Below, in pieces: positions 47,531 through 60,349 of a DNA stretch of 64,000 nt. The notes beneath the pieces were generated by a model. It saw only the letters and a program-made list of their open reading frames with translations, made no database searches and was not told the DNA's origin. The position numbers and the translations under genes were made by a program. Each line of letters begins with the position of its first letter. Within the stretch, counting starts at the first letter, position 1. The DNA comes from Lepidodermella squamata (Eukaryota > Animalia > Gastrotricha), in the NCBI GenBank assembly GCA_047495785.1, contig JBLDXI010000060.1:310001-374000 (forward strand). The letters are read 5' to 3'.

Positions 47531-49246
47531 ATGACCTCGCTAGAAGAGGCCCTTGTGATCTTACTGGTGTTCGGCTTCATCATGGCATTTATGCTATCTT
47601 TCGTGACAGGCGCTCATGATGTGGCGAACGCATTCGGGACGTCTTACGGCGCGGGGATTCTGAGCTTCTGGCAAATTTGCGTCTTGGGAAGCATTCTCGA
47701 AACAGCAGGATCATTGATTCTCGGAGGCAAAGTGGCCGACACCATGGAACGTGGCATTGCTGACATTGATCTCTACAAAAATAATGTCTACCAGCTCATG
47801 TATGGCTATTTAGCCGCTCTCACCGGTGGTACAGCTTGGCTCGCCATAACAATAGTGCTTAAATTGCCTGTCTCAAGTACCCATTCAACAGTGGGCGCTA
47901 TAATAGGCTTCACAATGGTCGTTTATGGCCCTTCGGGTGTGAAATGGAACAGACTAGGTCTTCTTGTAGCCTCTTGGTTTATTTCGCCCCTCCTTACTGG
48001 CTTCATTTCTGGTATGCTGTTTCTTCTGGTGAAATTTCTAGTTCTTCAAAGGCCAGACCCGGTCCAAGCCGGTTGCCGCTATCTTCCCATTCTTTACGGC
48101 ATGATGTCCGCAGTAATTTCCTTTATGATTATCAGCGAATCAGTTGCCCAATATGGCAGTGACGAGGCCAGAGAAAAGCTGCCTATCTGGCTCATTGTAA
48201 TTATATCCTTTGGCATTGGTCTCATTTGCTCCGTTCTAACTTGGTTCCTTGTAATGCCATGGATCAAACGCAAAGTTGAACAGCAACTGGCTGCTGACGA
48301 GGCAGCAACAGCAGCAGCAAACCAGCCGGGAAACTACAATTCTATTGAACCAATGGCTATCGAAGGCGCGCAAGGAGAGGAAGATCGGCCGACGTGCTGG
48401 CAGCGGTTCATTCGTCGCTATAAAATGCGCGCCGGCAGTTCGAATGCGCGGAACCACGCCGAAGAGCCTGATATAGCCGATAGACTGTTTGCCTTGAATT
48501 GCCTTCCCGAGAAATGGCAAGCTAAAATGTCAGAAAAGATGACTTGCTGCAAGCCACGTGATGGAGATCAACAAAGTCAGCAAAATCTTGTCTTGACCGA
48601 TGACACTCCCGGCGTTCGCTATCTGTTCACTTTCTTACAAGTAATTTCAGCCGCATTCATGAGTTTCAGCCACGGAACAAATGACGTGAGGTAAAAATAA
48701 TGCATTTTTTTGACGAAAAATCGATTATTTATGTTTTTTAAGCCATGCCATTGGGCCACTAACAGGAATGTATTCGATATACCAGACCCACGAGCTGACC
48801 AAGGACCACAAACCAGTTTGGTAAGCTTTCCAATTTCGAATCATCTCTCTTCAGAATTCCTTATTGATATAATTGCAAGGTGGCTACTACTTTATGGAGG
48901 CGTTGGAATGTCCATCGGTCTCATTTTACTTGGAGATCGGGTTCTGACAACGATTGGCGATAAATTAGCAAAAATATCCCCCGTTTCCGGTTTTTGCATG
49001 GAATTAGGAACGGCGTCTACTGTGTTAGTAGCCAGTCATCTTGGCATCCCGGTTTCGACGACCAACTGCGTGATTGGAGCCGTAGTTGTTGTGAGCCTTA
49101 TGCGAGATCGGCAATCCATCGACTGGCGAGTAGCTCGAAACATATTTTTCTCTTGGGTCATCACTGTTCCTGTGTCAGGGCTGATAGGCGCTGCTTGTAT
49201 GGCAATACTACGAGCAATTTTCGATTCGCTTCATACGTTTACTTAG
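47531..49246 (+). CDS. Sodium-dependent phosphate transporter, PiT/SLC20 (PHO4) family
   Basis: GAHDVANAFGT, LPVSSTH, HGTNDV|SHAIGP, GIPVSTT; three exons (introns ~48691-48742 and ~48821-48879). Confidence 0.92.
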
Positions 49247-49582
49247 TTGAGAACTGTTCAATTGGAGATGTGTATCTATAATCAAAATAATTTCACGAAG
49301 GATCCTCGAATTCATAAACCGGTGAATGATGAGCTGATTTTGTTTCACTTTGAAGTGTATCGTGAATCATCAGAACATCGATAGGTACGAAATGCTACCT
49401 AATCGCAATCCAATCAAAGATGTGGTTTTGATGAAGGATATTATGTAGAGTTTGCATAGTGGAACTAGCAGAGTTATTCAAGCATAACGGCGCCTAGTGC
49501 TGTTTTAAACTCGGAATACAATGCAGGTGCACGCACATTTCTATGTAATCTCGTGATCAACGGCTTTTTAATTGATAATACG

Positions 49583-52500
49583 ATGAAACCGCTCACCTTT
49601 TTACTTGCTCTGTTAGCATTTGTAGACCAAAGGGCCTCCTGTCTTGAAGAAGAGACAAAGCTGGTATGTCGGCCGATAGACCACAAGACTGAGTGCCTTT
49701 ACAAGAAGGAACTGTATCCGTCGGAGAGTGAATTCACCCGGCTTTTAGATATTATCCGCGACGACACCGCCCGTACTTTCACCCGAACTCTTGATAGCTT
49801 CTTGAACAGAGGCTACAAAATCATCAATGTGAAAAACAAAGCCAATTGGACTCTACTGCACGCAGCGGTGTCTTTTAATCAAAAGGAGATTGTCAACAAA
49901 TTACTGTGGTACGATGAGACAGATCTGAACGCGAGAGATGAAGACGGCGACACTCCACTAATGGTTGCTGCCTTTCAGAGCCATCCGCAGATTATCGACC
50001 TTCTATTGGACAAGGCGTATGAGCGTAACCAGTTCGACGCAATAGTCTCTGCTACACAGCCCTCAAGTGGTGATACCGCTCTTTTCTTTGCTGTCAACTC
50101 TAATTCCCTGGAAGCTGACCAACTAAAAGCCCTAGAAATGCTCGTTGACCATATTCCATCTCGCCACTTGCATCATTGCAACGCCGAGGGTTATACCGTC
50201 GCCCAAGTGGCTTTAGCTCGTCGTAAATTCAGGATTTTCGATTACTTACTCAAACATTTGCCAGTTGGTCATCCCTGGCCGAAATGTCAGAAAAGAAAAT
50301 TAGGGCACATTGCCGCAGAGGTCGGCATTCCAGACTTCTTCGAGCGTTATGCGGAACTGGTTGATTTGAACGAGGTCGACGCTGAAGGGCAGACTCTGGC
50401 TTGCTACAACGCCAAAAGCGGTAACACGGATGTTTGGGCCAGAATCAACAAGCTTGACGGGATGTCGGACGTTCTGAACAGCCCTAACTGCTTTTACCCT
50501 GGGACATCGGGATTACGAGGTACTCCTTTGCAATTGGCAGCAATCAATAGACACGTTTCTCTCGTCGAAGAAATGCAGCAAGCTGGCGGGGACTTTAACA
50601 GCCGCGATACTAATGGTGGCTCCATTCTACACGCAATGGCAGAACGACACGATCCTCCCGGTGAAAAGGAAATTATCGAAATTATGACTGAGCTGATCGA
50701 GTCACGAGATTCGAAAGGGCGCACACCGTTTCTCAACGCGATAGTGCGATATAATTGGTATTATGCTGACATGATAGTAACACATTTTGGGGCAAATGCA
50801 AGCGCAAGAGATGACCGAGGTTTCACTGCTCTTCATCTGACGAGCGACAAGGCGACTTTCAAGAAATATCTGCATTTGTTTCATGTCGATGTTAGATCTG
50901 ACGGGCCAAATGACCCAACGTTGATGAAGCCGCTCATGGTGGCTGTTGATGAAGTAAAGCCAATGGAACTGATTCAATATTTAGTTGAGAAAGAAGGAGC
51001 AAGTTTGAACGTGGAAAACAGTCTCAGCCAAGGACTGGCCCATCTCGCAGTTCAAGCAAATTATACTCTATTTATTACCGAATTCGCTTCTCACCTCAAT
51101 TTAACTCTCCGGGACTTCAAAGGTAGGACTCCTCTTCATTACGCTGTTGAACTAGGAAACGTCGCAGCGGTTCAAGCCCTAGTTACGGCTAACCAATGTG
51201 GCAGGACCTTGGCCGAACCTATCATAAAGACTGATCATAATCAGGAACTGAAGTTTTCTTTCGGGCACACGCCTCTCCATCTTGCCTTCGTCTATTCGAA
51301 CGCCGAGATTGCCAATATCCTGCTTGAAAGACGATTCGACTTATCGCTGGAGATTGATGCCTTCAACAGGACACCGCTCCACTTTGCAATCATGAATTGC
51401 GAAACCCAGCTCGTTGAAAGCATGCTTGCTAAACTTGGTTCGAGAGCGGACGAAGTTGTCGCAGATACTGATTTGATTGGCACCTCTCTGTTGGCATTGG
51501 CTGTAGAGTCGAATTGCGCCCCTGTTGTGAGCCATTTACTTGATAAGTATAATGCTGATTGCAGTTTGGTTGACGAGCATGGCGAGCCGCCTCTGCATTG
51601 CGCCGCTTCGAATCATTTGCTTCATTTAATCAACTTAATGCTGAAAACTGGGAAATGTCAAAAAGACCTACTGGACGCTTGTGGTCGCCTGTTGCAGGAT
51701 TATCCGGTCAATGAAGAAGAATGTAAGACTGTTGTTAGCCAAATAATGATATCCTAAATGAGGTTATTATTTATAGGTCCCAATCCGATATGCGCAGTGC
51801 CGAAACCAGATGGAGAAGTCGGCAATTTCGCTAAGCGAATCGAAGTTGGTGATCAGCAATTGGAAAATGAAACATATAACTCGAATAGCACTCAATATGC
51901 CTACGAAAACATGGATCAAGGCAGCTATGTACCTTTCAAATCCTCCGTGTTTTTGAAGTGCCCAGAGAACTATGAGGTGGTTGGAGAACAGAAGACGATA
52001 TGCGTCGAAAAAGGCAAGTGGGCACCTAAACCTGGTAAATGCATGGTAAGCCTAAAATGTGATCTAAAACTCACCTGCTTTGGTTTTGCTTTTCTAGCCT
52101 GCGCTGAACACATTCCAACTGTATCAAAGGCTCAGTGATGCTTGCGCTGCAGCGAATATCGTACTTGTTCGTCAGCTTATTAGTCAGATTTCCAAGCGCG
52201 GTACTTTTGATCCGAATTGGAGGGACAAACGGCGAATCGAATCAAGCTGCCAGCCTTTAATCGAAAATCCCACACTTTTGCATCGAACATTGCAAATGGC
52301 CTGTGAAGATCACAGTACCTTTCGTAGAGATATAATGAAACTACTGATCGAACTCGGCGCTAATGTCAACGCAACAGAAGACGCTATGAGCTACACACCT
52401 CTGACGCTTGCTTCATTGCACGGATATTGGGAGGCTGTCCTATTCACAGTTGAATCTGGCGCTGATGTAACTGCAAGATTGAAAGACGAGCAAAGCGCTG

Positions 52501-53306
52501 TGTTGCTCGCGTCTTCTAAAGGCCATATGGATGTCGTTCAGTTTTTGCTGGAGAGCGGGGCTGATTTTAGAGATAAAGACGCTCTCAAGAGACCAGCGTT
52601 GTTCCAGGCAGCGGAATGGGGTCACTACGAAGTCGTTAAGTTTCTTTTTGAGTTGGGCGCCACAATCGATGATCGTGATACCAGTGGAAAAACTCCATTG
52701 ATGGTTGCAGCAGTGAATGGCCATGTAAAAGTGCTGAAATTTCTCATTGGCCATGGTGGAAATATCCACGATCGGGATATATCCAACAGGACCGGTGCAA
52801 TGTCTGCGGCTGTGATCGGCCGAATGGAGGTGGTCAGACTGTTGATTGAGAAAGGCGCTAAAGTTGACGAACAAGATTTGGATAACCGTACTATTTTAAT
52901 GTATGAAGCAATATTACACGACATCGACATGGTCCAGTTTTTGATCCAGAGGGGAGCGAATGTTAACAACAGAGACATTTACGGTCGAACACCACTTTTC
53001 ATTGCCTCTCGATTGGGTAAACTCGACGTCGTTCAATACCTGCTGCAAAATGGCGCCGATGCTAACGACAAGGACAAAGCCATGAAGTCTCCGATCATGA
53101 TGGCAGCGCTACGAGGTGAACTGCCGTTGATCAAAGTTTTGGTTGAAAATGGAGCAGATTTCAAGACTCGTGATGCCAATTTTAAAACCCCGCTTATGAT
53201 CGCAGCCGAAATGAATCATGCAAATGTAGTGGAATATTTGCTTCTAAAAGGTGCGTCAGCCGATGACTGTTTCGGCCATTGGTATGAGCATCGATGCAAC
53301 CCTTGA
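49583..53306 (+). CDS. Secreted ankyrin-repeat / Sushi (CCP) / ankyrin-repeat protein, ~1205 aa
   Basis: Exons 49583-51722, 51777-52045 and 52098-53306 splice in frame via GT-AG introns; signal peptide MKPLTFLLALLAFVDQRASC; many G.TPLH.A repeats; central C..P...C.E.Y...G....C...GKW.P....C Sushi domain. Confidence 0.8.
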
Positions 53307-53592
53307 GCAGTGTTGTAACAAACAAGAAAATGAATAAAGTAAAAAGTAATGCTTCCCTATCCAAGCAGGTTAAATCAGCCTGGCCGATTCATTATCAGCA
53401 TTCAGATTGAATCACTTGTTTTCCTGTTTTCTTTCCCCAAGCCTGAGTGCACTTGCATGTTTATCTCAGGTCGTAATTTGACCAGCTGCCAGTGAGAATG
53501 TGTCGACCATTAAAGAGTAAGAGTAAGATGTGCATGCTAAGTAAAATTATATAAACTGATTTTATGATTTTTAGAAGTCCTTTCGGAGCAAA

Positions 53593-54258
53593 ATGAGCCT
53601 GGTATTATTCTCAGATGACATTTTTAATAGTCAGCTCTGTCGACGTGGAGCAACACTGATAGCGTTAGCTATCATCGCGAGCTTTTTAGCAGAGATAGGT
53701 ATAAGGCCATAAATCATTCTCATTCTTATGCAGATAATCGCTCATAATTCATGAATGTTATTTGAGATGGAAGAAAGAGCCTACAGTTCAATGATATAGA
53801 ATGCGACAACGACGACGATTGCGGTGAAGCGCGCGAGAATATGTACTGCAAACCAGTTTCTTGCGGAAAAGCCTGGGATTGGTGCGGCTCGTAATTTATT
53901 TTCCCTGAATAAGTTCATGTCGAAATTTTCCACCTAATAATAAACAGGCGATGTTTGTGCAAGGAGGGCTACACTGATTTTCCCACTGATCGAAATTTCA
54001 GCTCCAAAACCGTTTTCTGCTGGCCAACTATCTGTTGCAATTCCGTAAGCTTGTATTGAAGATAATTGTCACTTAAATAATGGATTTTTATAGCATCATG
54101 ACTGCAAGGAGAGAGGCCATGGAATCAATGCTGTTTGTAGTCTTCCTGCACATCGATGTCTCCCAAATTACGACAAGCAAAGCGAATTTTCTGCTCTTGA
54201 TGTGCCTGCAGAAATTGAAATTGGGGAAAACTGCAGCTTTTCAATGGAACACCTGTAA
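53593..54258 (+). CDS. Small four-exon cysteine-rich secreted protein (EB/EGF-like), absent from the ORF track
   Basis: Three GT-AG introns splice in frame: hydrophobic leader, ECDNDDDC...MYC..VSC....WCG|SRCLCKEGY...FCWPTICCNS|HHDC....AVC....RCLP...EHL*. Confidence 0.7.
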
Positions 54259-54443
54259 TAATAAGTGGAAAGAATAGCTCGAGTGGCAGGGGCGGCAATG
54301 ATGCAATGACATAAATAAGAATTTTCGAAATCTATACTGCAATTTTTAATTAGAATATATTTTCTATCCACTCTATTCATTAGCCAATAAATATTTATGG
54401 GGCGAAAAGGTGTCACATCGTTCTATGGTTAAGTTGACAGGTT

Positions 54444-54725
54444 TTACGATCTTGGACTGGTTGATGAAACGCCGTAGCCGCATTTCGCACAGGCGCAGTT
54501 TCGATCGTTCGGCTCTTTTGGATGTTGATTGAAGCCGATGACATTGCCGAATAGATTTGCATCTTGAATGTTGGCAAACAAATTTTCATGCAGTTGGCTA
54601 GCTGTTGCTAGACTAGAAATTGCGTCTTTGACGTCTGAAGAATGCTCCGGGATCGGGAGAAGCTTGTTTAACAGGCTGTTCACCTTCGCAACCTCGAGGC
54701 GGAATCGTTGCAGATCAGCTTCCAT
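54444..54725 (-). CDS. Hypothetical small protein
   Basis: 93-aa ATG-initiated ORF (aaATGG context) with a helical N-terminus and CACAKC; no recognisable family. Confidence 0.3.
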   Translation of the reverse strand: MEADLQRFRLEVAKVNSLLNKLLPIPEHSSDVKDAISSLATASQLHENLFANIQDANLFGNVIGFNQHPKEPNDRNCACAKCGYGVSSTSPRS

Positions 54726-55767
54726 TTGAAAATATCTTTCAACTTAAATGCTTGCAAAAATTAGAACTCAAACCAGACGCACGCAATGCTGTAGTGTCAA
54801 ACACTTATAGTTCATGTACTCTAGACCTACCTTATCTTATCACCTCTTAGGTTACAATAACCATTGTAGCTTTCGATGTGTAACCTGGGGCATGTCACCT
54901 GACCATTGTTGATTACTGATCGAAAATAATAAAATTAATTAATATTACCCAAGACTTCGTTCCTTCAGGCATTCTGATTGTACGCGCACTTCGTAGGGGT
55001 GAGGAGAGCGGAACCATGCCTGATCCGAGAAAACTGATGTTTTAATTGATTTTCAGTTTCATATTACTAATAGAATCACTATTTTGAGCCGAAATTTTGC
55101 CGAGATCACGGCAAACAGGGAACTGAATCGGGAAATAAATATCTAGCTTAAAATGGGATTGCTCTCACGGTCCTTTATGGATCTGCCAATAGCCAATGCG
55201 TCTTGTAAGTTCGATTAAGGAAAACGAATAACTTCTAACCGCCGATTAAGGAGATGAAAGAGCTGAAACAGAAAAATCGCTGTTACCGACTGGTCATGCG
55301 GTCTCCCAATTCGATGTAATCCGTTTCATCTCCACCAATAAATTGTTATCAGTGGCAGCTTATCTAGCAACGATAAAGGAGGAAAGTTAGCAAGAAGAAG
55401 ATAGCGGTCAAACTGAAAAACGGAAAAGTGACCGACCAGGAAAGGCAGTTCAGCTCTCGCTCAGCTCAAGGTATGTTTTTACTTCGAATCAACGTCGTCG
55501 CAAGGGCCTCTCCGGCATTACAGCGAAGGGATTGATTGACAAAATGCCACGGCGGTTTTTTGAAGTTGAAGGAGCTGCCAACTGTCTCTTCTATCAGGCC
55601 TGGATCTCTCTAGCTCTCATTCAGGGTTTCTGAGCGCCTCAAATTGAAGCTATACAATATTTCAACTTATTTCATGTTAATGCAGCATAGTGCTAGAAAT
55701 AAAGGCAGCACTTCAGTTAAACAGGCAAAGCAGTAAAATTCCTGCATGCTCTCATGGATATAGGAAA

Positions 55768-56866
55768 ATGCAGTGTTTTGCATTGTTAACAGCTCTAATT
55801 TTGTCAGTATTTTTCGATTCGGTTTCGGCCGCGGCTAGCATTTGTACGCCTGATTTCCAGCAAGGCACGTGCGTTTGCAAACTCGCCGATGGGAGTGGCA
55901 CCATCGATTTAACTCCACTCGTCGAACAAACAGCAAAAACGCCGTGAGTGACAACTTCCGTGCTTCTAAATTCTTCTAAAGACCAAGTGTCTGAATTTGT
56001 TAAGTCTACACACTGTAGGCGATAACAAGCAGTACGAGTACAATCTGCGAATATGCGGTTTATTACAAAATGACGCCACGTTAACATCCTGTCAGAATAA
56101 GGCTGCAGCTTGCGAATTTGTATCGGCAAACCATGCTAACAACTTCAACCTCGGATACCCGACAAACACTCGTTTCGAAAGTCGGACCGGCCCAGATGAT
56201 CCGGTAGCAAAGCCAGCCTTGGTTTTCGACGCTAAGCCTTCTACTAATCCTGATGAATACAGGTGCGAACTTTCATGATTTGCAAATGCTAAACCTCTAG
56301 AAGTTTGATTCACCAAGGCGAACTGTTGCGTTTCTCATTTGCGACAAATCTATGAGTGACGTAAAATTTCAATCTTCAGGCAGCTTAGGTCCGAAAGATC
56401 CTGATAATTACTACGTATACGTGAGTGTTTCTATTGAGAATTTATCACAGTCAATTTTCCATCATTGATCTCTCGTCGATTACAGTATATGCATCTAACC
56501 GGCGAAGTATTTTGTCCTAACAATGGCGGGGGCGCTGGCAGTGGCGGTCTGTCAGCTGGCTCCATTTTACTAATAATGTATAGCTGTTACAATCTAGCGT
56601 TTTATTTCATTTTTCAGTTTTACACTTTTCAGCTTTTTTGTTTCTCTGTTCGTTTACTTTGTTGGTGGCTTCGCTCTCATGACTTTCCACTACAAGAAAG
56701 AAGGAAGCGAGCGCATACCGAACGTCAATTTCTGGGTAGCCCTTCCCGGCGCAGCCAAAGTAGGTCAAATTGGTGTTCAATTTCCCTTACAATGCTGTTT
56801 CCTATCCAGGAGGGTGTGCTGTTCGTTGTCAACAAAATACGCGGGCGGAATTATACGGCAGTGTGA
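55768..56866 (+). CDS. Cation-dependent mannose-6-phosphate receptor / ATG27-like type I membrane protein, copy 1
   Basis: Signal peptide, C.C....G.IDL..L, Y...C, AAC, FNLG, R.T...LIC, FCP, GLSAGSILLI TM, YFVGG, ERIPNVNFW..LP, C-terminal YTAV; multi-exon. Confidence 0.85.
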
Positions 56867-57102
56867 ATCATGGAAGCATTTTTACAATCCATATTGCTGT
56901 ATAAATAAAATGAAAGAGAATAGCGTATTCCTGAATTTTCTACCTTGAGCTGCCAACGGGTAATACACTTCTTATCTGACGCCGTAAGAAGCCGAGCATT
57001 GATTTGATAACTGTCCAGTTGTGAAGATAACACCAAGATAGCGTACTGAGACGCTAGGGCTGCAGAGTCTTGCATGATAATAGCGCTGACCTGTTTCTTG
57101 AG

Positions 57103-58170
57103 ATGACAAAGAAAGCTGTGCTAGCTCTTTTTTACTCGCTCCTCCAGCTCAGCCTAGTTGATGCGGACCCGAACGCATGCAAACCTAGCTCTAAAGATGG
57201 TACTTGTATCTGTGAGCTGGCTGATGGGACCGGCACTATTGATTTGACAGAATTAGTCAAGCAGACTGCAAATCAGCCGTAAGAATAAGTTAATTTCCCA
57301 CAGACTCCGCTAAAACCAGATGCTCTCCATGCAGCCTTGCAGCAACTGGGCCAGCCTTCCAATATTATTTAGCATTCTGTGGAGTCATAAAAAAATCAAC
57401 GCTCCCCAAATGTGACGGAAAAGCTGCAGCTTGTGAGTACAACACTGCTTACAATTACAACCTTGGCGAGCCGGCAACCACCAGGTTTGAAATGAGAACT
57501 GGCCCAGACGACCCAACGCAGACTATCGCATTAGTTTTCGATACTCAACCAGACAACGACCCAGCTAGCATGAGGTGAGTGAACGAAGATTTTTATAATC
57601 ATTGCGGCTAAAGAAAACTCTAGGAGAACAGTGGCCTTCATGAAATGCGATCCTAATCAGAAAACAGTACTGTTCACTTCCCAGGGTAATCAAAACACGA
57701 AAAAGGATCCTGACAATTTTTTCCTATACGTAAGTCTGAAATCCGAGAGCTCAATTATAATTCTGTTTGCATAATGGCAGTTCATGCATCTGACCGGAGC
57801 TGCATTCTGTCCGCAATCAGGTGGCGGTGGTGGCGGCGGTGATGGTCTCAGTGGTGGTTCCATCCTTCTCATAATGTAAGACCGTGTTTGCATCCCATGG
57901 CCTCTTGATGATTTCTTCCTTCAGTTTCTTTTGTACAATCACTGTGTACTTTGTCGGAGGCTATCTTCTCATGGCTTTTTACTTCAAGCGTGAAGGACAG
58001 GATCGGATTCCGAACAGAGAATTTTGGATTTCATTACCAACCCTGGCAAAGGTGAATATTTCAATTCCCTAAAATATGTGATTCAAAACACGATTCCTTC
58101 CTATTAGGATGGCTTTCTCCTCGTCTACAACAAGATCCGCGGAAGATCAGGAAATTATCAAAATGTGTAA
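57103..58170 (+). CDS. CD-M6PR/ATG27-like protein, copy 2 (tandem paralog)
   Basis: Same exon structure and motifs (GTIDLTEL, GLSGGSILLI, DRIPNREFW, C-terminal YQNV*). Confidence 0.85.
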
Positions 58171-58483
58171 TACAGAAGTTGTGCAAAATCGGCGCTTTGT
58201 GATCATCCTTGCAATTTTTCGAGAAATAATCATGAGAAAAGTATCGAAACATAATTTTAGCCATGAGTATTTAGAATTTAGTAAAATTGAGCGTGGACAT
58301 CTGCGTTCGGATTCATATTTTTTGTGAGAGTGGATAGTAGCTCATATGAATGACCGGCATTTAATACGACGGTTATTTCCGCAGCTTTGCACACCACACT
58401 ATACTACTGTGTGCTAAATTTATGCGTATTTTAAAAAGCGGCGCGGCAAATGACAATGGGCATCGCAATTACTCTTTTAAAAA

Positions 58484-59774
58484 ATGATTCTACTGATATG
58501 TTGCTTTTATGTTGCAACCTTCATTCGTGTAGCTTTTTGTGATGCTCGAGAAGAACTATCAAGTTACTTGCGAGAAGCATCATTTCATAAACAGAAACAA
58601 ATCACAGATGTAGCGCTGGTGTTAACCATTGGTAGACTGAACCATTTCGACGAGAATCGCAGCATTCTGGATATTTCCGCTCGTTTGCATGCAAAATGGA
58701 TTGATTCTAGCCTTTCATGGGAACCAGCTGAGTGGAATGACACTTCGTTCTTATGGATATCTGCATCAGAAATCTGGTCGCCGGTCATCACTTACCACGA
58801 GACTGATTTCAGAAGACCTTCGGTCTTAAAAGTGGCACACAGTGGATTAATTGAGGCTACTTACAATACTGTTACTTTCAACGCCGTATGCATCGCCCAT
58901 AATTTCTTCTTGTACCCAGACGATATCCAGGTTAACAGTAGATCTTCTTTTTATACATTAATGGCATTTGAAATTGTTCCAGACTTGCACAATTATCTTC
59001 TACATTGCAGAAGAAGAGCAGAGTTATATTTCCATCAAACCGCATTTGGAATTGGAATCTCCTGGGAGTTTCAGATGGATCGTATCAAACTCGAAAGCAG
59101 AAATTAGCCGTGATAAAGAGATAGACTTCACGTTGATTCTCAAGAGAAATCCTCAAGCTTTTTCGAACAAGTCGAACAGTCTGATTCTGCTTCTACTTGT
59201 CATCCTACAAGCGATATTTATTTTGATTGGCACTGGAGACGGAAGAATTCTAGCACGGTTAGCGCTGATATTTGTTCATGCGATTTACCAATCTACAAGC
59301 ATTCGCGACTTCCCACCCGGTCGAAGCCTATTACAAATAACATTCCAAATATACTTCTTGGTGCAAATATTGGCGGTGGCGAACGACTTGATCTCATTCA
59401 GATTAAGATCTGCAATGAGAGCGAAAGAAGTAGCGACTGATATGTCAATCAAGAATATTCCGAATCTTTGTTTCCCAATGTATTGGGATCTTCATTCAAT
59501 AATTCTGTTCTGCGTTTTTATCATTCTGCATCAGCTTATCAGTGGGGCAATTACTAGCTCCCAGTCATTTGCCACTTACGACGCAATGATTTTACCCTCA
59601 ATAGTGATTTGCGATGTTGTTCTCGTCGCGATATGGCTGTTTCTGGCCACTGCGATTGGTGACTGTCCGACACGACATCAACGACGTCGAAGCAGCGATA
59701 ACTCCCTGCCCAATCTAGCCGATAGTTCACCAGACTTGGTGGACTGCTATCGATCACGAGAGACACTTTTGTAG
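58484..59774 (+). CDS. Highly divergent nAChR-like pLGIC subunit with an apparent extra TM helix
   Basis: KWIDSSLSWEPAEW...SEIWSPVI, Cys loop CIAHNFFLYPDDIQ|TC across intron 58931-58982, FTLILKR pre-M1, then five hydrophobic segments. Confidence 0.75.
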
Positions 59775-59963
59775 TATGAATTACCTATTCTATTGCAGGA
59801 AGCTGAATAAATTTCCGAATCTCAATAGGATTTCTGTTAAACGTTCCTTTTCATCTATTCTTTCACAAACAATGCGTTAAATCATGTTATTATCTGTTTC
59901 AATTAGCTTCCGCATTATAAATTGCTTACAAGACAAATAGAACGAAAATGCACACATTACTTT

Positions 59964-60349
59964 CCGGGTGCTTTTGCCATTGATTTGAAATATTATGCAA
60001 TATCCGGGTGGATATCATAGGTGGATAGCACGATGGATATTGGTCTGAAGGCTTGCTATGTAGGCCGAGGCACAGCTGAAGTCCGGAATAGAGGCCTGAA
60101 GAGCGAATATCCATCGCTGTCCACCGATGACACCCTGATATGGTATAATAAAATAAAATAATAAAGATATGGTAGGTATAATCCTAAAATAACCCTGAAA
60201 AAATCCTGAAAATAGCCGGAAAGCTCTGAAAATCTCAAATGTGAAAATTCTGGGCATTGCTAGGCGGTTTTTGATTATTTTTCAGGGATTTTCACCGAAT
60301 TTGTTCAGGGATTTTTAGAATATTTTAAATTTATGGCGGAAACACCCGG
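59964..60349. mobile_element. Probable MITE with imperfect ~25-bp TIRs
   Basis: ccgggtgcttttgccattgattt vs the reverse complement of the right end, ccgggtgtttccgccataaattt; internal ccctgaaaaa/ttttcaggga repeats. Confidence 0.5.
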
